Shown here: positions 26,299 through 35,662 of the stretch, piece after piece | Layout of the letters: every line of letters begins with the position of its first letter | Numbering within the stretch: the first letter of the stretch is position 1 | Source of the DNA: a virus | Length of the DNA: 64,000 nt | IMG/VR virus record: IMGVR_UViG_3300028028_000001 | Span: 32,001 to 96,000 of that record | Reading direction: 5' to 3' (one strand) | Notes under the pieces: generated by a model | What the model was told of the DNA's origin: nothing | Seen by the model: only the letters and a program-made list of their open reading frames with translations | The model's database searches: none | Program-made: the position numbers and the translations under genes

Positions 26299-26642
26299 AC
26301 GGGGAGCCCGGAGGGCAGACCGCAGGACACCCGACCGTAACGGACGCGGAGATCGAGGCTGATTCCATCTGGACCCTTTGGCGGCTCGCCTATGGAATGC
26401 CTCCGAACGACCCACGGTTTCAGGATATCACGGAAGAGGAGGTTCTAACGGATCTCCTCGTTCGCCATTTCCACAGGAAGAACGGCGCATCCGAGGAAGA
26501 GCGGCTTATCGAGCACCTTCGAGACAACCTATCGGAGTTCGATGCTCTTGAGAAGTTGGCCGAGAAGATACCGCAAGTGAGGCCTTCGAAGCCAAAAGCG
26601 CCGCCCACGATCGCCCGTCGGGGTAAAAAGGTGATGCCATGA
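25789..26642 (+). CDS. Tail assembly chaperone, -1 frameshift (GT-like) product: 25789..26277 joined to 26277..26642
   Basis: The frame-3 ORF is open across the site and ends in an ATGA overlap with the tape measure start. The predicted fusion is about 284 aa. Confidence 0.65.
26271..26277 (+). promoter_or_regulatory. Programmed -1 ribosomal frameshift slippery heptamer G GGA AAA
   Basis: In-frame X XXY YYZ pattern 21 nt before the G stop. Same class as lambda G/GT (G GGA AAG). Confidence 0.65.
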
Positions 26643-28318
26643 CCGACGCCAAGATCAGAATCACCGGTGAAGCCGACGTTACCCGTATGCGGGCGATGAC
26701 GGATGAACTGCGCAAGTTGACGGATGGCGTCCGGAACTTCAATCGCGAATCGAAGACCAGCGGAGGCGGCGCGCCTGCTGGTGGCGATTGGGGCGCCTGG
26801 CAGGCGTATCACAAGGCGAATCCGATCCCCTGGGCGCCTGTGTCGGGGATGGCTGACGAGGAGGCCAGGGACCGCAGGACGGAGCGAGATGAAGAGCGGC
26901 GGGTTGCTCGCGAGGAGCGTCAACGATCGTCGAAGGAGAGCCGAGTCGGCGCTAAGGCGATGGCTGGCGCTCGGGCTGGCTACGGCTACGGTATGGCAGG
27001 CCTGGGGCTCCTGGGCCTCGGTGGTGGCGTTGGCGGCGTGATGTCCTGGCTCTTCCAGTCGGGCGAGGAGCACCTTCAGCAGAGCACGGCCATCAAGGTT
27101 CTTGAGCAGAGGTTTGGCTCACTGGCGACCGCAGGCGACCGGGTGAAGTCCTCGTTCTGGGGCGCCGGGCACTCTCTCGGGTTCGTGAATTCTCAAATGG
27201 CCGGGCTTATGGAAGCCCTTGGCGCGCAGACGAACACGGTATCGAAAGAGGATTGGCAGCAGTTCGGCGGGTTTGCAAAGCACACTGGGATGGACCCAGG
27301 CGCGGCAATGGGATTACTTGGGCATTTGGAACGGTTGACCCCAGGTGGTGTTACTGTGGTTGAGTTGGCCGGGCTCAAGCAGCAGGCCAACAAGCAGGGC
27401 ATGGGTAGGGGGAGGCTCCCGGAGTTTCTTCAAAACTTCATGACCCTTGCTCAGGAGCAGTTCCAGGACACCGGAAAGTTCGACTTCTCGCCCGCTATGA
27501 ACGTCTCGGCGATGCCTTCCTCGATGTTTTCGGGTGAGGCAGGGCGCGGCGAGATGGGTTTGAGTTTTGTCCAGAACATGAACCAGGCCATGACCGGATC
27601 GGACGCGGCGAAAACGTTTCTTCTTCGGTCGATGGGCTACGGTCGCGAAGGTGGCCCCGACTACATGTCTGCGAAGGAGCGGCTTGAAGCCGGTATCCAT
27701 GGGGAAGCCGGCGCTCAGAACCTGCTTGCGATGTCCGAGGGTATGCGCGGATGGGGCAAAGACCGAATCGCGCAGTCCATGGAAAAACTCAACCCGAACA
27801 TGAAGATGTGGCAGATTCGGGGATTCGTCGAAACTATTTCGGACGACAAGAAATATGCGGAGTTCAAGAGGGCGCTTTCCGGGGATCGTACCTTTTCCGA
27901 TTATGAGGAATACGTAGGCACCTTGAGTGAGGATCAGAGAAAAGCCTTTGAGGAAGAGGGCTATTTCGGTCTTGGCAAAAAGGCGCTTTCCGAAGGTGAA
28001 TCGATGGCGGTTACCAAGGAAGCGCAGAAAGCCGAGCAAGGCGACACGATGGCCGATGTTCTCCGATCGCTGAATCGAACGCTGGAAAACCTGCGCGATT
28101 GGATGCAGAGCGCCACCGGGCAGACTTTGGCGAAGTCGGTGGAGAAGATGACTGATGCTATCGAGGGTTGGTCAGAGAAGTTTGAGAAGTACGCAAAGGG
28201 TGGGGAAATAAAGGATGCGCTCAAATACTACCTGGAACCTGATGAAAAACCGCCACTGAAACCGGGTGAAAGGGGTTACGAGCGGCAGCAAGCAGAACGG
28301 GAACGGTACGGCCTATGA
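26639..28318 (+). CDS. Tape measure protein
   Basis: Follows the chaperone. Helical, with a Gly-rich hydrophobic segment 'GYGYGMAGLGLLGLGGGVGGVMSWLF'. Confidence 0.75.
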   Translation: MTDAKIRITGEADVTRMRAMTDELRKLTDGVRNFNRESKTSGGGAPAGGDWGAWQAYHKANPIPWAPVSGMADEEARDRRTERDEERRVAREERQRSSKESRVGAKAMAGARAGYGYGMAGLGLLGLGGGVGGVMSWLFQSGEEHLQQSTAIKVLEQRFGSLATAGDRVKSSFWGAGHSLGFVNSQMAGLMEALGAQTNTVSKEDWQQFGGFAKHTGMDPGAAMGLLGHLERLTPGGVTVVELAGLKQQANKQGMGRGRLPEFLQNFMTLAQEQFQDTGKFDFSPAMNVSAMPSSMFSGEAGRGEMGLSFVQNMNQAMTGSDAAKTFLLRSMGYGREGGPDYMSAKERLEAGIHGEAGAQNLLAMSEGMRGWGKDRIAQSMEKLNPNMKMWQIRGFVETISDDKKYAEFKRALSGDRTFSDYEEYVGTLSEDQRKAFEEEGYFGLGKKALSEGESMAVTKEAQKAEQGDTMADVLRSLNRTLENLRDWMQSATGQTLAKSVEKMTDAIEGWSEKFEKYAKGGEIKDALKYYLEPDEKPPLKPGERGYERQQAERERYGL

Positions 28319-29877
28319 CCACCATAATCCAGCAGCCCCAAAGAGGGCAACCAAGGGTCTATATCTGGGCAGGTGACACCGAAGCCGACAAGGTGGACGT
28401 TTCCGCCGACGTGATCGGGTTCGAGACATCCAAGAAACTCGGCTCCCCTACAGGCTCCTTCACGCTAACGCTCATGCCGAGCGTTGGATCCGCACAGACT
28501 CCCGCCGACATGCGGAGAATCACGAAACTCTATAGGGCGAACCTGACGAATCGCGTTGTTTCCATCGGCTGGAAGTACGACGGCGGAATCATGCTCGGGC
28601 TGGTTTCCAACGTCGCGGAAAGCCACAACTTCGGCGGGTCCTACACGCGCACGCTGACTATCACCGGGCAGGACTTTGGTAAGGTGCTTGTGAACGACAA
28701 CGTGGTTTCTGCGCTCATGAACCAACACGACGCGGGCTCTATCAAGTTCCTCGACAACGTGAAGGCGGCGCTCGGTCCAAGTACCTACGTTGGAGAGATG
28801 TACCTGAATGACCCACTTTCAAACGAACTCATCCCGACTCTGGCATACGGGCTGAGCGAGGTTATCGACTGGATTCTTGCAATATCGCCGTCCATGACGA
28901 TTCCGATCATGGGTAAAGTGTTCGGCGGGTCGGGCAAGGTGTCCGAGTACATTAACACCGCGAGTTACAGCTCCTTGGCCTGGAACGATGGCAAGATCTG
29001 GTCCACCGACGCGGCTACCTATTCGGGCAATATCTGGGGCTATATCCAGTCCATGATCGATCCAGACTTTTACGAAGTGGTGATCGATAGTTACCCACTT
29101 GCGACCAACCATACCGCGCTGAATGGACTTGCGCAGGTTTACCTCATGGTTCGCCCCAAACCCTTCGACGAGAAGATTCTTGAGTGGGCCTCGGTAGACG
29201 AGCAGACCGGGATGACGTGGGAAGACCTCAAGACCAAAACGAACGAGAGCAACCACGATATCGACCTTTCCGAGATGATCTCAGCGCAGTTCTCCTATGG
29301 GGATTCGGGCGCGATTTCGTCCTATGTGGTGACCTCGCCCTATACCGTGTTCGGCGCCTCCGACGGCTCGCTTCTTGGGATGCAATTCCCACTTCTGGAC
29401 ACCTATATCGCGAAAAGGTACGGTATCAAGTCCATGAAGTCCCGGCTTACCATGCTCGGACTCGACCCAAACGTGAAGTCCGATCCTGCGGCGATAACGG
29501 ACTTTATCCACCGCCTGTTCAACTGGTATCGGTATGCCCCGTTCTTTGAGAACGCCACGATAACGATCGCGGGTGGAACGCCGCTTGAGGGGGCGACTCC
29601 GACAAGCCGCGAGCTGATCCGGGTCGGCGATCCTGTTCGGCTTCCGTGGCGAAAGGCTCCCTATTCGGTCCCCTACATGTCGGAGGATGGCATGCGCTAC
29701 TACTGCACAGGCGTCTCGCAATCCTGGCGATCCTCACCTGGGCGCACGGGCATCCTGACGACTCGCCTGGACCTTACCCGAGGGCACAACGCTTCGATGA
29801 TCGCGGCTCTTGACGAGATGGTCCGCAAGGATGCGCCCGTCTCAAATCCCGCCCACTTCGCCGATTCCCTGGGGTAA
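28315..29877 (+). CDS. Baseplate hub / tail-associated protein (gpD/XkdQ-like position)
   Basis: ATGA overlap. Position after the tape measure. The resemblance is weak. Confidence 0.45.
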   Translation: MTTIIQQPQRGQPRVYIWAGDTEADKVDVSADVIGFETSKKLGSPTGSFTLTLMPSVGSAQTPADMRRITKLYRANLTNRVVSIGWKYDGGIMLGLVSNVAESHNFGGSYTRTLTITGQDFGKVLVNDNVVSALMNQHDAGSIKFLDNVKAALGPSTYVGEMYLNDPLSNELIPTLAYGLSEVIDWILAISPSMTIPIMGKVFGGSGKVSEYINTASYSSLAWNDGKIWSTDAATYSGNIWGYIQSMIDPDFYEVVIDSYPLATNHTALNGLAQVYLMVRPKPFDEKILEWASVDEQTGMTWEDLKTKTNESNHDIDLSEMISAQFSYGDSGAISSYVVTSPYTVFGASDGSLLGMQFPLLDTYIAKRYGIKSMKSRLTMLGLDPNVKSDPAAITDFIHRLFNWYRYAPFFENATITIAGGTPLEGATPTSRELIRVGDPVRLPWRKAPYSVPYMSEDGMRYYCTGVSQSWRSSPGRTGILTTRLDLTRGHNASMIAALDEMVRKDAPVSNPAHFADSLG

Positions 29878-29879
29878 CC

Positions 29880-30668
29880 GTGGAACCTGACCGACACAGT
29901 ACTTATCCGGTTGGGCCTCGCCTTGCGTGGTTCGTCAAGCAGGATGGGAAATACTTCCTCCAGGACGAGCACGGGAACAAGTTCAGGAACCTGGACCGTA
30001 TCCTGATCGTTCAGGGCTCGTTTGGCTTCGACTTTGAGGGCCAGGAGAAACTCCCCCGGCCGCAGATTCGGGATCCCCTTGGGAAGGTCCTTGTCCAGGG
30101 TGACGCGCTCATCCTCGACTTTCGGAACGGGGACGATCGTTGTCCGATCGTTCGCGGTGGCGTCCGCTCCTATGATACCGGCGACGGGCAGTTGGCGCGC
30201 AACTTTGAGAACATGGCGCGGGGATATAACCGCTACAAGTTCCGGCTCTATCCGCAGGACGAGACCGGGCTGAAACTCGGAGAGGTCCGGTTCTACTGCT
30301 GCGACAATTACAAGAACGAGGCGGATTGGGGCCTTGTTGATTTCTACGTCTCGAACAGCGTGGACGGGGTGATCGAAACGGCGCTGAATGTCCAGGTCGG
30401 GCCGGTTCTTGGGTCTCATAACCTGTTCTTCATGAGTCCGTCGCAGGCTGGTTTTACGGTTTCGGGTGGGTCGGATCCGGTTATCAAGCAGCCCTTTGAA
30501 GACGACTTGAAGACGTGGCTTAACGGACTCACGACGTTTCTGGCGTCCATTGCTGCGGCGCCGCCCCCGATCGCTGCTGCCGTCGCTGCCTTCCAGCCGA
30601 TCCATGCGGCGTTTCTGGCAACCGTCAACGCGGGAACCCACCTCACCACGGTCTTCAAAACGGAGTAG
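29880..30668 (+). CDS. Baseplate spike protein (gpV/Mu gp45-like)
   Basis: 'VLVQGDALILDFRNGDDRCPIVRGGV' matches the gpV-type OB-fold block. GTG start. Confidence 0.6.
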   Translation: MEPDRHSTYPVGPRLAWFVKQDGKYFLQDEHGNKFRNLDRILIVQGSFGFDFEGQEKLPRPQIRDPLGKVLVQGDALILDFRNGDDRCPIVRGGVRSYDTGDGQLARNFENMARGYNRYKFRLYPQDETGLKLGEVRFYCCDNYKNEADWGLVDFYVSNSVDGVIETALNVQVGPVLGSHNLFFMSPSQAGFTVSGGSDPVIKQPFEDDLKTWLNGLTTFLASIAAAPPPIAAAVAAFQPIHAAFLATVNAGTHLTTVFKTE

Positions 30669-30671
30669 CCC

Positions 30672-32324
30672 ATGATCGGCGTTAACGGCGGGCATCAACT
30701 GAACATCCTGATCTTCGAGGTCGGCATGATTCAGACGATTCAGGCGCTCGGGATTGACCTCAAGGTGGTCTCGACCGTTTCTGTTCATCCGCTCCTTGTG
30801 GCTCCAACCTCGATCCGCTACACGGATGCAACCCGATCCTCGTTCAACCAGACTGCCGGTGGGACCGTGCTCACGCCCGGCGGGCGGGCTCTCCGAAACG
30901 TCACGCTTGAGGGCACGTTCGGGTCAGAATCGCGGGGGCTTGGCCCCTACATCGGCAACGGAGCGATCCGCTTTACCCGGTTTTACAAGGAAGTCGTCCG
31001 TATGGGTGAGGCGCTAACCCAAGACGAAGTGGACGATAACGTGGATTGGCTCAATGGAACGCCGTTTATCAAGCTGTTCCTGACGACCTACGATGATGCG
31101 AATACAAACTTCTTCATCAACTTCTATGACTTCTGGCACGATCGCGCTTTCCAGTGTTTGGTCCAGCGCTTTGACCACGATCGCGCGTTCATGAAGGGCG
31201 GCGCGGTCGGTCTGACGCACTACACGATGTCGCTTCAAGAAATCGGGCCTATTGTGGAAGGTGGGCTTGGGGAGTCCATCATTTCGCTTCTGATGGACGG
31301 GTTGACGCTCTGGAACGATATCAACAACGTGATCGATAGTTACGACCTCGCTACGATCATCGAGGCCTTCACCGGACCCGTTGCCATCGCTCTTTCGATG
31401 GCCGAGGGCACCCTGGAGGCCATCCGGAGCAACCTGGACGCGGCGACGGCTCTCTTCGGATCCTCCCTGCCGCCCGAGTCGGCACTTCCGTCGGCGCTTT
31501 CCTCGTTCGGTGCGGAGTGTGAATCGTTGGCATCCTCCATGGAGGCAATCTCTGGAACAGTGGAGGCCTCGGCGCCTGCTCCTGCAGCGCCTGCTACCAC
31601 GATGTCCTGGGATGACCCGCGAGCGCTCGACCTGGACGCCTGGGATACCGTGGCGTCCATGCGCGACCTGGCCGACGCTGCACGTTTCCAACTCTGCGCT
31701 GGCCTGTTCTTCGGGATGTCGCTCACCGACTATCAGAACTTCCTGGCTTCGTCCGGAGACGCATCCTGGCGGGGTCCGGAGTTTGGGGGCTCCATCGACT
31801 ACATTGTGGGCGAGTACGACACCGCAGGAGCCATCGAGGCGCGCTTCGGGGTAGACTGGCAACGCGTGCTTGCCTTCAATGGCCTGACGCCTCTGGAGGC
31901 CCTTACCGAGGGCACCAGGATCCGGATCCCGGTGCGCCGCTACTACGGAACCCAGGGACGGAATGCGATCCCCGTGCTCGACTCGCACGCTGGGGAAGCC
32001 GCCTGGGGTCGTGACGTGGCGATGGAGATCGGCGTTGATGCACTTGGGGATCTCCTGCTCGTCGAAGGGGAGGATTGCCTCACCCAGGGCGTGCAAGTCC
32101 TTTCCGAAGAACTGGCCACCAGTCTGATCAAGCCGCTACAGTCGATCCCCGAAAGCGTGCGGGGTTCCTGGCTTACCAAGAAGATTAGCGCCGCCATGAA
32201 GTCCGATCCCCGCATCTCCTCTGTGGTGTCGGTGACCACGGAAGAAAGTGATCGAGGTATAGCCCTCCGCGTGGTGGCCCAGGCCATCAACGGTTCTACG
32301 ATCCGCACCGGAGTCCGTGTCTAA
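30672..32324 (+). CDS. Baseplate protein with a LysM-like segment and a C-terminal gp25/gpW-like domain
   Basis: 'YIVGEYDTAGAIEARFGVDWQRVLAFNGL...GTRIRIPV' is LysM-like. C-terminal 'GDLLLVEGEDCLTQGV...DPRISSVVSVTTEE...' is gp25-like. Confidence 0.6.
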   Translation: MIGVNGGHQLNILIFEVGMIQTIQALGIDLKVVSTVSVHPLLVAPTSIRYTDATRSSFNQTAGGTVLTPGGRALRNVTLEGTFGSESRGLGPYIGNGAIRFTRFYKEVVRMGEALTQDEVDDNVDWLNGTPFIKLFLTTYDDANTNFFINFYDFWHDRAFQCLVQRFDHDRAFMKGGAVGLTHYTMSLQEIGPIVEGGLGESIISLLMDGLTLWNDINNVIDSYDLATIIEAFTGPVAIALSMAEGTLEAIRSNLDAATALFGSSLPPESALPSALSSFGAECESLASSMEAISGTVEASAPAPAAPATTMSWDDPRALDLDAWDTVASMRDLADAARFQLCAGLFFGMSLTDYQNFLASSGDASWRGPEFGGSIDYIVGEYDTAGAIEARFGVDWQRVLAFNGLTPLEALTEGTRIRIPVRRYYGTQGRNAIPVLDSHAGEAAWGRDVAMEIGVDALGDLLLVEGEDCLTQGVQVLSEELATSLIKPLQSIPESVRGSWLTKKISAAMKSDPRISSVVSVTTEESDRGIALRVVAQAINGSTIRTGVRV

Positions 32325-33670
32325 TGGCCACCCCCCGCTCACGAACAGACCTTGCCCGAGAATGGATCCGCCGACTCGTCGGCTATTCCCCCTCGGTCTC
32401 CTGGTTCGGGTCGGGTGGCGTGGCTCTGGCATTCTCGAAGGCCACCGGGGACCTTGCCGAGATCGCCCAGGACCTCTTCGTCTCGATGCGCAGGCGCTTG
32501 ACGCTCCTGGCATCTTCGGAATCGGACCTGGATGATATCGCCCAGGAACTCGGCACGGCGCGACTCACGGACGCACGGGCGCACGTTTACGCCGTGGTGG
32601 TTCCCTGGTCCGCTTCCGTTGTCGCGGTCGTGAGCGCGGGGAATGACTTCCTTCAAGTGGATGACGCCAGCAGGTTCCTCGCTCTTGACTCCCTTCGGAT
32701 CCGGGGATCCTCGGGAACGTCCGAGGCGCTTGTCGTGATCGCCATCGTCGGAAACGTGATCGAGTGCTTGCCTCTTACTGGTACCTACAACCCGCTGACG
32801 GAAGGTGTCTCGGTCCTGCTGCGGACTACGATCCCGGTTGGATCCACGATCGTCTCGCAGGCCGGTGTTTCATTTCAGACTCTGGCGACCGTGATTGCTG
32901 GTGACGCAAACCCACTTTTTGACGGTGAAGCCGCGTTCGTAGCGCTCGCCGACAAGGTGGATTGTGAATGCTCGGTCGCTGGTGCGGCGGGCAACATCGA
33001 GCCGGACTCCCTGGATTCCATCACCGGAGCCCCACGAATCGCCCGGGTCTACAACCCTGAAGGCGGCTATGGCGGCGACTCTGAACAGGACGCTCAACTC
33101 AAATACCGGGCCTCCCATCGTGCGACACTGGCGAATCAGGAGACCTCGGCGTGGTTGTTCGCCCTTGCCCGCGAGGGCAACCCGAACACTCTCCGGGCCA
33201 TCAAGGACACGACAACGGCGCTTTCCACATTGAAGTTTCGGCTTCTGAAAAGAACGGGAGCATCCTTTTCGGCTGCTGAACTCACCGAGTTGAAAGCCTA
33301 CATGGAGGCCCGCTTTCGGTCGCAGTATCAAGCCGATATTGGCAATGTGACCCTGACGGCCATCACAGTTGAGGCGCGGGTGAAGATGTCCTCGGGCGCC
33401 AGTTTCCAGACCTCCTGGCGCGCTGCTGCTTCGGGAATGGCGGCCTATCTCGACTATCGGGTCTGGGCCTTTGGGGGGACCGTTGACAACTCCGAGCTTC
33501 TTCAAATCCTCCAGAACACGGCGGGCATTGCGAGCGTTGAAACAGCATCTTTTCTTCCTGCTGTTCCGGTTCCAGTTTCCGCGCTGTCCCTCCCGGTACT
33601 GGTCTACTTCGCGATCGAGGATCAAGACACGGGTGAGACGTTCGGCGGGAATCTTGCGGTGAGTTTCTGA
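32324..33670 (+). CDS. Baseplate J-like protein
   Basis: 'AGAAGNIEPDSLDSITGAPRIARVYNPEGGYGGDSEQDAQLKYR' is a typical gpJ block. Confidence 0.75.
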   Translation: MATPRSRTDLAREWIRRLVGYSPSVSWFGSGGVALAFSKATGDLAEIAQDLFVSMRRRLTLLASSESDLDDIAQELGTARLTDARAHVYAVVVPWSASVVAVVSAGNDFLQVDDASRFLALDSLRIRGSSGTSEALVVIAIVGNVIECLPLTGTYNPLTEGVSVLLRTTIPVGSTIVSQAGVSFQTLATVIAGDANPLFDGEAAFVALADKVDCECSVAGAAGNIEPDSLDSITGAPRIARVYNPEGGYGGDSEQDAQLKYRASHRATLANQETSAWLFALAREGNPNTLRAIKDTTTALSTLKFRLLKRTGASFSAAELTELKAYMEARFRSQYQADIGNVTLTAITVEARVKMSSGASFQTSWRAAASGMAAYLDYRVWAFGGTVDNSELLQILQNTAGIASVETASFLPAVPVPVSALSLPVLVYFAIEDQDTGETFGGNLAVSF

Positions 33671-35658
33671 TGGATAAGCGCCTGATCTGGTGGCACTCCG
33701 ATAGCGGGGTTCTTCCGACGGCGTGGACCGTGGTGGGCGGTGGCGCGCTTCAACTCCCGGAGTCCGGCGGGCTGCTGGTGGAAGACGTTTCCGCGGTTGA
33801 TCCGCTCTACTGCATGATCCAGGTGTTTGAATCTGACACGGGCGCCGGACCTGTGCGCGACCAGGACACGATCGAGGTTCAGATCCGCTGTCAGGGGCAG
33901 GCCAACACCGCTGGATGGGCATCCGGGGCCTCTGGTATCGGCGTGGCCATCTCCGACGGGTCAAGGGTATGCCTGTTCTCGTTCGGCGATCGCCTGCGCT
34001 TCGTGAACCCTGCAACGGGCGCAATCTACTACACCGATCCGCGACCGTTTCCCTGGCTCGGGTGGAACACGATCAAGATTACGAAACGCGCCTCCGAGGC
34101 CTGGGTGGTCGAAATGAACGGGCACCTCCATATCGTGATCCCCTACCTGCTCGCTACGGCTCTGGTGACACCTCCTGCATACGTCGCCTTCGGGTGCTTC
34201 GACCCTACTGGAACGGCTACGGCTACGTTCGAGCAGCCCGAGGTTGGCCTGAACATGGCGCTGCCCTCTCAGGGGCTTGTGGAGCGGCTTCATTCGCTCT
34301 TCCCTGTCGCAGTCCGGGAAAGGTGGACCGACGTAGGCCGAGGCCTCCTGCGCGCTTCTGTGGGCGTTTTCCAGCAAGGGTATGAGGCGATTCAAGGCGC
34401 GTGGAGAGACATGACCTCCGCTGCTGAGACCGCTGGGCTACCCTACTCCTTCACCGGAAAGGTTCTCCCGAATCGCGAGGCTCCGGCGTGGACCCTGACG
34501 AATCCGGGGCAGATATCGATCGTGCGAGAGCGGGTCAGAATCCAGGGGGTTGGCGCGGCGGCCAGCGCTACGGCGTTCTGGGACGCCACCATGCCGACGG
34601 TTTCAGACTACGAGCACATTCTCGGCGCTCGGGTAGATTCCTGGGAAGCGCTGCCTCCGACGGTGGACGCATGGGGCCGGGTTGGTCCCTACCTCCAGAT
34701 TGACGACATGAATCGTTCAATAACGGCGCACTTGATCGAAGACTCCGGCGCGTGGTTCTGGGTTCTGACCGACGACACGATCGGCGGCGGTGCCTTCACA
34801 GAGATCGGGCGAAGGTGGCAAGTCGGCAGGTTTGTCTCCCATACCGTCGATGTCCGAATGTTCGGGCGCGACGTGGTGGTGCTCATGGTCAACGGGCAGA
34901 TCGTTGACCGGGTGAGTTATTCCTCGTTCCCGCTTTCAATGGGACCTTTCCCGTTCGGTGTGATCGGGGTTACCTCGGCGCTCGGGTACTTCGACTTTTC
35001 GCACGCTACGGCTGTTCGCCGGTTGTGCGATTTGACCCAGCGGATCGGGTTGATCTCCAGGTGTCAAGAGCGCCTGATTGCTCCAGGCGGCTGTGAGCGA
35101 AACGACGAGTTGGAAGTCTGGAAACGCGCCCAGCCGTGCGTGAACGAGCTCCGGGGAACGACTCGCGGAATGGAGATCGAGATCGCGCGGTTGGCGTGCT
35201 GTGGGACGGACGTGGTGGTCGAGCAGACCCGCGTTGAATGGTTCCTCGATGTGACATGGCCCGACATTACGCCAATATACTTGGATGCAGCGGGGTTATT
35301 CTCCGATGTATTTACCGAGGTATGCGACGGGCCCTCCGCTTGGGATCCGAACGAGCTTGCGAGGTATGCAGCAACGTACCTTGTTCCTCTTTCCATTCTC
35401 GAACTGACTTACTCGATCTGCCTCTCTACGGCGCTGACAGGCCCAAACGTGACCATCCCGACCGAAACGCTGCTTCCTGTAACCTCTGTCTCCGGCTTCG
35501 GTGTCGGCGATGTGGTTCAGGTACGAACGGCGACCGGGACAAGCCACGAAGACGCCTCGATAACTTCGATCGTTGGCCTGAATGTCATCGTTCAACCTCC
35601 TCTTGTCGGGGCTTACGTCGCAGGATCCTTGCTTCGTAAAGTCCTAACCACGACGTGA
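33670..35658 (+). CDS. Putative baseplate wedge / tail fibre protein
   Basis: Follows the gpJ-like gene (TGATG junction). 662 aa. No motif recognised. Confidence 0.5.
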   Translation: MDKRLIWWHSDSGVLPTAWTVVGGGALQLPESGGLLVEDVSAVDPLYCMIQVFESDTGAGPVRDQDTIEVQIRCQGQANTAGWASGASGIGVAISDGSRVCLFSFGDRLRFVNPATGAIYYTDPRPFPWLGWNTIKITKRASEAWVVEMNGHLHIVIPYLLATALVTPPAYVAFGCFDPTGTATATFEQPEVGLNMALPSQGLVERLHSLFPVAVRERWTDVGRGLLRASVGVFQQGYEAIQGAWRDMTSAAETAGLPYSFTGKVLPNREAPAWTLTNPGQISIVRERVRIQGVGAAASATAFWDATMPTVSDYEHILGARVDSWEALPPTVDAWGRVGPYLQIDDMNRSITAHLIEDSGAWFWVLTDDTIGGGAFTEIGRRWQVGRFVSHTVDVRMFGRDVVVLMVNGQIVDRVSYSSFPLSMGPFPFGVIGVTSALGYFDFSHATAVRRLCDLTQRIGLISRCQERLIAPGGCERNDELEVWKRAQPCVNELRGTTRGMEIEIARLACCGTDVVVEQTRVEWFLDVTWPDITPIYLDAAGLFSDVFTEVCDGPSAWDPNELARYAATYLVPLSILELTYSICLSTALTGPNVTIPTETLLPVTSVSGFGVGDVVQVRTATGTSHEDASITSIVGLNVIVQPPLVGAYVAGSLLRKVLTTT

Positions 35659-35662
35659 GCCC

